Assembly (NCBI GenBank): GCA_003990765.1
Contig: RBNJ01000103.1
Span: 1-41,705, forward strand
Reading direction: 5' to 3'
Origin: Jimgerdemannia flammicorona
Lineage: Eukaryota
Length of the DNA: 41,705 nt
Below are positions 33,680 to 41,705 of this stretch, piece by piece. Below the pieces are notes generated by a model. The model saw nothing but the letters and a program-made list of their open reading frames with translations, was not told the DNA's origin and ran no database searches. The translations under genes were made by a program, and so were the position numbers. Positions within the stretch are counted from its first letter, which is position 1. Each line of letters opens with the position of its first letter.

Positions 33680-36072
33680 TTATTTTCTACATATTATCTT
33701 GTTCTTCTTAGAGGGAGTCTGCACACAGTCTTCGATACAAAACAGTTGAGACTTTCGTTTCTTTACCCCTACGGCCTGCAGTTCTTGCAGTTGACTATCT
33801 TCATTATCATGGTTTTCGGCAGATTCAACGATGTCGACGACCTCCTTAACGATGGCCTATCATTTGAAATGCAGATTATGATGAAAATCTATTTCACAAG
33901 CGTTACGTATTTCGTATGAACCATTCAATCTGGGTGTTTACCTTGGCTTTCCATATCAACGCCAGGAAAGGTACCACCTGTTGACCAAATAATCCAACGG
34001 TCTGCGGAATAGTATATATTGGGCTCCTCACCACCCGGCACACATAACCCCTTGGAGAATCTAATCTCAACAGCAAAACATTCAACTCTGTTGAGAAGTA
34101 TAATAATATCGACAATGTTGATTAGCTAGCGCTTAAACGAAGTGCTGCGTCATGAGTACTCAAGAAAGATATGTTCTACTAACCGGAAAATATCCAACCA
34201 ATCACCTGTAACCTTCTCACTTTCTCAACGTCCCACTTCACCGCATTACACAGATTGACAAACATGTCCTTCTGCATCTTGGGTGCTTTTAATCCCCGTT
34301 CCTTCAGTATCTTAGTACCATTCTCTCCCTCCCATTCTTTACCCGCTTCTCCATTTCCATACTCATTGTGATGTTTTCTGATAATGAGGTCGCCGCGTCT
34401 ACCCATCATCTTATGTGCCACCTGCATCAAGCCCGAAACACTGCGTGTTCTGTTTTTCCGGTACGACGAAGTAAAACTCGATGCTTCGCCACGTACACTA
34501 TACATATCTTGTAAATTGAGAAAACACCGATCGATGACATGCCAGCAATGCATAAGGGTAGTGAATTTCTAAATGCCCAGTGACCAAATTACCGCCTTCA
34601 TATTCTTGCACCCTAATAATTGATTGTTAATGGTATTGAGTCCATTATTTCATATCAAGGGAGTCACATGTCGTTAAACAAGTGATTTTCAAAATATAAA
34701 AATCTCCGCAGACGACAATACAGAAGAAAGAAAGAAAACCTTACAAATTGTGAACAGAATTCTTGATCCAGTCGTGATCAAAGTGATATTCCCTTCTAAA
34801 ATTAGCCCCTTCCCAATCTTGAACCATGGATAGTTGTGATCTTAATTCCTCGATAGAACTCTGTCAAAGGTAAGTAAGAAAGTCAGCATCGTAATCCTAT
34901 GAGCAATAGAATAATCCCACTTTTCTTAGAGGACATCTTACTTTGCGGAAGCTGTTCATATATTTCATTAAATCTATCGGGATATCTGGTAGTGACTTTG
35001 TATCGGTCTCCTCAATCTCAGTGAGCTCTCCCTCCGTGAACACACCATGTGCAATGTAACTCGTGTCGTCCGGGTCAACGATGAATGACTGAGACAAGCT
35101 AAGGAGGTAAAAAAATTGTGAGTACGATGTAAATACGAATAAAACTCAAATGGAAAGTTGAACATCTACATACTGTTCCGATTTGCATCGTCTTGCATAT
35201 TCAAATAACGCATCCTCGACAACCTTTCCAGTTGACAACTTCCACTTCTGACTGTCATTCATTCTACGAAATACCTCTTCGACTTCTTTCCACGTACTGG
35301 ATCCAGCTGCATATATCCCTTCATCCTCACTTTCCTCTTTGCTTTCCCCTTCAGCCACACTTTCATTTTCTGTAAAGACTTCTCGTTCTTTTTTTTCATC
35401 GTCGGCGAAAATATCTGGTATTTCATCTTGATAAACCGTTGTTGGAGATTCATCCCCTGGTAACATCGTTCTAGGGCTCCTAATCTCGGATATGAATTCA
35501 TTTGTAGTCTTCTGGCTCATAGCAATGTGTTCGGAATGGATGTTCGATTCAATAACGTTCTTATGTTGACTCTACATAGTGGAAATTCTGAGTTATTATT
35601 GAACGCAAGATCAAAAGAACCGATGTATGGAAATATATAATGAAAATACGTAGTTCTCACCCGTCGCTGCTCTAAAATGAATAATGAATTCTTCGTCAGC
35701 TCTCTTTCCTCATTAATCATCATTTGGTTCCAATATCGTTCTGCATGTTTTGAATTGGTCATCCGCTCGAACCTTCCAAGGAGCCTCGTTGATTTTTGTT
35801 TGACCAGCGGATCGTCCGAGGCAGACAGCTTTTGCAGGTATTGTCGCAGATCGTCTTCCGCGTCTTGGCGCAACCTACTATTACTCCAGCCTTTGTACTT
35901 GTAAAATTTGACGGCGGAGAATTGCCTCAAAAAGGTCCGTATATCCTAATTATATTATGGTTATGAGATAATATATATATATGAGACATACGCATATCGT
36001 CTTGTTATTGAGCACCACTACGATAACCTCACGAATACTAAGTATCAAAGGGAACCTTACATTTGAAGCCAT
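33680..36072 (-). CDS. Paralog of the 15086-17861 gene (putative PD-(D/E)XK nuclease-fold protein); one apparent +1 frameshift at ~34557
   Basis: Spliced product contains KWKLSTGKVVEDALF, EHLSQSFIVDPDD, DWIKNSVHNL, WHVIDRCF, RGE...RKNRTR...GRRGDLIIR...EYGNGEAGK...KAPKMQKDMF, LDSPRGYVCRV. Four intron positions and phases are shared with the paralog. Confidence 0.8.
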
Positions 36073-36210
36073 TATCGTTTATCGGTACCGTTTTCAGACC
36101 AGTTGAATAATTGAAACGAGAAATGATTAGATATCTGAGGTCGGAACAAAGCCAACGCACGGGTTTCAAATATGCGCGCGCCGAAATTACAAGACACGTT
36201 TATAAGTCGT

Positions 36211-36587
36211 TATATGATAGCAGTCGGGGTCCCCATCCTGGAGATTATCCCAACCACCATTTTGTGCAAAGTTCCGACTTGGCAACTTCGTCATACAACC
36301 ATTCGAGACTACAAACCGTTGGCCAAACAACCTGCTCTCATGGCGAGTGTATCCGCGGGCTTTACAGAGTGGGATACGCCAAAATAAATTGGAACTTATA
36401 AACATGACTTGTAACCACTATATGATAGCAGTCGGGGTCACCATCCCGGAGATCATCCCAACCACCATTTTGTCGAAGTCACGACTTGGTGACCTAGTCA
36501 TATAGTCATTCGAAACCACAAACCGTTGGCAACACCCACTTTTTGTGGTGTGGATGTATCCGCGGGCTTTACAGGGTGGGATATGCC
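36211..36587. repeat. Diverged direct tandem duplication, period 208 bp
   Basis: TATATGATAGCAGTCGGGGTC...GTATCCGCGGGCTTTACAG.GTGGGATA.GCC at 36211-36380 and 36419-36587. Confidence 0.9.
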
Positions 36588-37169
36588 GGCGTGCGAAAAA
36601 CAAAAAGTATCAACGAGGTTTACATCACCTTTGTGAATACAGGGTAGGGTATGTCCTTTGTGAGACAGGTAATGCGTGAAGTGCAGGGAGTGCAGGGTAA
36701 CGTACAATCGGCACCGCTGAAAGCTGGGTTTCCGAAGTGTGAAGGGAGTCTTGGTTGGGTTAGCATGATTCTGTACAACAACCCCTGCGCAAGACTCAAT
36801 CATATGGGTATACCTGTCTGCGAACCTGTCTGCGAGTTCAGGTATTCGTTTGGACCCTCAAATTATTCTGACTGACGTCGAGACGATGGGTAGACGTGCT
36901 GAGGTAGTTCACCCCGCAAGATGGCGCGCAATGCCGTGGATAGGAGGACCACGCCAACAAATACAGTGCGACCGGACCTGTCGACGTCCTTATTATCTAT
37001 TATTATTTTATATTAATTTATAATTAGTCAGCTTTAATAATAATCTTCTTGGTTCTCGATGACCAACTTGTAAGTGAGGTTTGGCATATCCAATGGGCCC
37101 CGAGGATAGATACAAGACAATCTATAGGTCTAGATACATACCAGCACATGCCGATGGATAATTGGTAAT

Positions 37170-38450
37170 GACATCGGCAAGTTTATGTTAGTCTATAAGG
37201 ATGACGTAATCATTATTCCAAAGCTCACTGAATATACATGCGGTCACCGCACAACTTTTAACAAATTGACATTGAAATAATAATAATAATAATAATATAA
37301 TAATAATTGCATATTAAATATCAAAGCTCCAGAAGCCACGTTACCTACCTATTCATAGCTTGCCACGCCTTGCATTCCCCAGACGGATGCTTCTGACGTT
37401 GTTATCGGATCGGTCTGGATGGATGAAGAAAGGATTAGCATCGTTTGGGGAATTCCCCTTTCGTTGTGCAGATCGACTACGATTCTCTCAAGTCCATGCG
37501 AACCACCAAGGAAGATCGTCAAGTTGATGTCTTACCAGTTCCCTGCCACTGATCTCCGGACGTGTAAATTCCAATGCGAAATACGTAGACTCGGTCATAA
37601 TTGCTAGATAGAATGGCTCATAGGACGATAAACGTGTAGATCAGTGCAAAATCCGGAAATCACAAAGAGGCTGGAATCCACGATAAAGTGCTACACTACA
37701 ACAGTCAACGCGCCTATGCTGGCTTAATTAACAATTTCACTCAGGTTTGCGAGCCTTGTAGTGGCATGGAATGTAGAAATGTACGATGATGAGCAAATGT
37801 GTCAAACACAACGGTGTCAATCGAAGTGACCAGGGTCTCTGCCTATGACGAGCTGTACCACTACAATATTGTCGGCATCGATTACCTTACAGATGCCTCC
37901 GTTGCTATGGGTTATATACGAAACTGTCGTCTGTCGCCACAATTACCCTACCATCCTTCAATGTGACAGTGAAAGTCAATTCGTAAGGGAAATATCAGTA
38001 CATTTTCGGGATCCAGCGCAAATTCACGACCTCACCACCCACAGTCTAATAGCCTCGTAGAGTGTTTCAATTGCATTGTGAAGGGAGCCTTCAAACGCTG
38101 GTTCTAGAGCACGGTGTCAAATAGTATATCTACTTGCAAGCCCATACCTAGGCAACCACTCAACACAGGCCATTCGTCCTTACCTACAACCGAGAGGTTC
38201 GGTATGGTTCAGATCTCGATGATTAATGCCAGTCGAGGTGATCAGTAGACATGCCGAAGAAGTCGCCCTGGAAGAGCGAGCTACGAAAGGGAGTGATGCA
38301 GAGAATCAGAATCGAACGGAGGCATCAGAAGGCTTGGTACCGTGGATAAAAGGGATTTTTTAAGTCAAGATGGGATGCGGGAACGAAACGTATGTGGTTA
38401 CCAAGAAGACGGACACGTCATAGTAGTAAGATTACACGGAGCTAGCTGTG
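37170..38450 (+). mobile_element. Very old, internally deleted Ty3/gypsy pol relic
   Basis: Ordered motif remnants: GKFMLVYKDDVII (~37176, RT YxDD), QTDASDVVIGSV (~37380, RNase H), YETVVCRHNYPTILQCDSESQF and HHPQSNSLVECFN (~37917-38071, integrase). Confidence 0.7.
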
Positions 38451-40751
38451 TGAATGAGAAGGGATCACTTTGGCTTGAGTGGACCAAGCCACCAGTCAAG
38501 ACGTGTATACATTGACTTTAGAGGCTCACGCGTCTGTGCTATCTCAGCAAAGTTATTAAAAAGTACTATCTGGATTGGTACCTTTTGAATATGTTCTGCA
38601 CCCATCTGGTGTTCTTCACAAAGCGGCTAAGCACGACCTCAACGTCATCATCACGTAGAACGCGTGACATCATGCATATTATTATTACACACGTGCACAA
38701 ACCAGCCACAGAATTAATGGCTGGAGCAACAACGGCGTTAAGCCCTTGGAAGCCGAGATTGCACTATTAAGGTACAGCAACCTCCGCCTGAATCTGTGAC
38801 GTATCGAAGGACATGGGTTACGTGTGACGGGCACCGGTGGTAGAATGGGACTTGCATGGAGGTGAACACCCGGATATTGGCGCTTGAGGTTGGTACGGGT
38901 TCGTGTGCAGTGGACGGATGCTCCACTAACGGTTAAAAGAGGGCTTCGTGGCTTCTGGGTTTTCCAACCCATTGACATATATCTCTATTTTCGTCTAAAT
39001 CGTATTTCGTATTTCATCGTCTCACATAGATGAAAGCGGCCCTCTGATTTGACTTGAATCTTTCTGTGGAAGATAGAAACGGAAAACCTCGCCAAAGTGA
39101 AGAAGCCATTAACGAATTTGTGGCAAGGTGATTGATTTTATATTATATTTTTTATTTTTCCTCTGCGAAGGCTCTGTTTGTCCAGTTTAAATAGTACGCC
39201 TATGGTGATTGGGGCAATGGACCAAGAAGGATGATCGTGATACTGACAGCTGCGTGGGGTGAGAATGTGCACTGAGGGAGGGGTTCGTGACCATGGGGCA
39301 AGTTGGATACAGAGGAAGAGATACTCCACGGTGATTCCATACCTTTGCTGACTCACACCTCAAACACACACTTCAAACATTCTATCTCTCGTCTGACTTG
39401 AACAGGCCCTTTCCAACAAACATCTGTGCATAAGCCCTTCCACTTGTTCTGGCATGACGACATTGAAATCACCCTTGAATTTTCGCGTTCCTTCTTCTGA
39501 CACAATAGCACAGCTAGCAAGGAGCGCAACAGCAGTTGCATTATGAGGGAATTACGAGCGCCTGAAAGCCTAGCTTAAGGTCACATGACTTGGACCTAAG
39601 AAGTAGCTATGTATGTCGTTATCCATATTTTTATATGTAATCATACATGTAATGATTTTGGCTGCATGCTAATTGTGTTTTCTTTTGTACGCAACTAGAT
39701 CTATTATATCTCTAGTTGCCAACTTCAGAATAACATGTGCAAACCGAACGTCTACGACGGGCGCAAGATGATATTTATTACATGCAACGGGGTGATCAGC
39801 TCATGCTCGCTCATCGAATTTCGCGATATACTGGAATTTATGCTTATTATCATGTGAGTCGATGAACTTTTTTTTGAAGGAGTTTATAATTAAGATATAT
39901 AGAAATTTGAGTTCTTTTCCAATTCCATTGCAGCGAGAATCACAACATCGAGGTGTGCGACCTAAGTATCAAAAAGGATTCGGAAAGTGACGGGTGTATT
40001 TAACAGCTCAATTCTATTATACGCTGCGGTACTGAATGTCAGCCGTCTCTCTACCTTGTACACTGATACTGGGCATGGAGCTGTGACGTATTCGAACTGA
40101 AGGGAAAGAACGTCAAGCCGTCAGCAGCACGAGTTGCTCGAAGCAAGTTTCTGTTTTTCGAGGCACTTGTGGTAAGCATCTTATAATTGTCAAATACTCG
40201 TTTATATTGTATCGTGAATCACTGCTCATCCATGATGTTCAATATAGGTTATTGGATGCTCCCGCCTCCCGACGCACGCGACAAATGATCTCGAGCCGAC
40301 AGATCGTGGCAGCATGCCTTGGCAATCTAAAAAAGGAAGGTAAGTGGATAGGTGGATGTGGGGGACTGTGATGCCTATTGTTGGTTTTGTTGTGCGTAAC
40401 GAGATAGACCTGTTAACATAAGAACATGATTTTCAGTTTTTTTTTTTTTTTTGGTTCATGTTACGTTTTCACTCCCCTTCTAAATAAATACCCCCTGTTC
40501 TTACATGTCCAGTTTATAATGATGGCTGTGCGGAATGAGTGAAGGATGGTACAGGAATATTCAACGCACGAGCCACGGGAGGGTTTCAGAAGAAGTAGTT
40601 GGAATTTTTCTAATGCTAGGGGAGACTACACGTGAACAATAAAGCGAATACACTCACTTCAAACCTTTCCATCTCTGAAGGAATCCAATGGATTCAGCAA
40701 CAGCAATAAAATTACTCCGAGTGCCGATTGAGTGAAATATTTACAATACAA

Positions 40752-40777
40752 TTTTTTTTTTTTTTTTTTTTTTTTTT
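40752..40777 (+). repeat. Poly(T) run (another at ~40437-40452)
   Basis: Direct reading. Confidence 0.9.
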
Positions 40778-41705
40778 CTTTCACAATCCATCCCATCGAG
40801 AAAGGTACAGATATAAGCCGCATGAATAGTGATCGTCACTGTACTACATTATTCGGTCGATCACTCGTCACATCCCGAAATTTCAACTTGGGCTCCTCCT
40901 TGTCCGGGCCGTTTCATTAAGCGTCACATGCGAACCGGTCCGATTTCGAACCGGATTCCACTATGCCCGATTCGATCTGTGCAACGGCATGTACGACTCC
41001 AGGATTCAGATCGACCTTGGAGCATATTTGAGTACGTTATGATGTTACCAGGTACACCCCATTTTTATTCAGTTATTATACAACCGGATGTATACATCTC
41101 GACAGCATGCTTCTAAGATAGGACGTGGCGATTTCGTGTAGACGTGCAATTTCATGACACCATACTTCTAATAGGACAGGACGTGGCGATTTCGCAATTT
41201 CGTGTTGCAAGAACTTGATTTCGTGAATTTCAGAGTTGCTTAGTAATTACTTTGTGGCACAGGTTAATGCTTGTGCTCAATATTTATTTAAACAGTTTAT
41301 TTATACGGCCACGTCGATTTCGGGGGTTGTCTAAAGCGTCGATAGGCACAACTCGGCGGTGCTCGAATTATTTTTAGATTGGCTACATGAACTTCCGGTT
41401 TTGTTATTGAATTAAAGTATATATAAAAACGACGTAATAATAAAATATAGCTAATGAGTCAATCTAGTATCAAAACTTGTTAATATCTACATTAAATACT
41501 GGATTTAATGCAGCTGTCAAGAGGTTTAAGAAACCCTCAGCTTGTATTGCATCATTAGCTTCTTCAGCTCTCTAATACTGATCTTTTAGTCACTCTAATG
41601 TCTCATTAAATTGTAAATGACATCTGCCTGCTTCCCTTTTAGCTTCTTTCTGAACTGATAGAACTTCTATCAATTCTCAACTCTGGTAAACTTCATTTTT
41701 TTTTT

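Noticed and set aside
39440-39500. GDFN motif (LINE APE endonuclease) on the minus strand
   Set aside because: Isolated four-residue match with no other endonuclease or RT motifs nearby.
41110-41200. Direct repeat AGGACGTGGCGATTTCG x2
   Set aside because: Short local duplication with no associated structure.

Overview
Eukaryotic, almost certainly fungal DNA with spliceosomal introns. The gene families suggest a Mucoromycota-type genome, but that is inference. More than half of the window is a nest of decayed Ty3/gypsy LTR retrotransposons. The main element is a 10.6-kb chromovirus (1548-12183, minus strand) with ~2.06-kb LTRs that carry a protein-coding ORF in U3, and a dUTPase between the Gag zinc knuckle and the protease. 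It abuts an inverted pol fragment of its own family and has no target-site duplication. Also present: two pieces of a second dUTPase-bearing family, a chromovirus 3' end and a very old pol relic. The CpG-rich islands hold two intron-rich paralogous genes with a PD-(D/E)XK-like nuclease motif (15086-17861, 33680-36072) and a lesioned tyrosine-kinase-like gene. The apparent ~180-bp 'satellite' at 30.0-31.8 kb is an array of 11 intron+exon units. Each intact unit is an 84-nt phase-1 exon encoding one 28-aa RNI/NLRC3-type leucine-rich repeat. The array is followed by an isolated ubiquitin-protease exon. This kinase-LRR cassette array, invisible in the ORF track, is the most interesting system here. 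All calls come from manual reading and translation; no searches were run.
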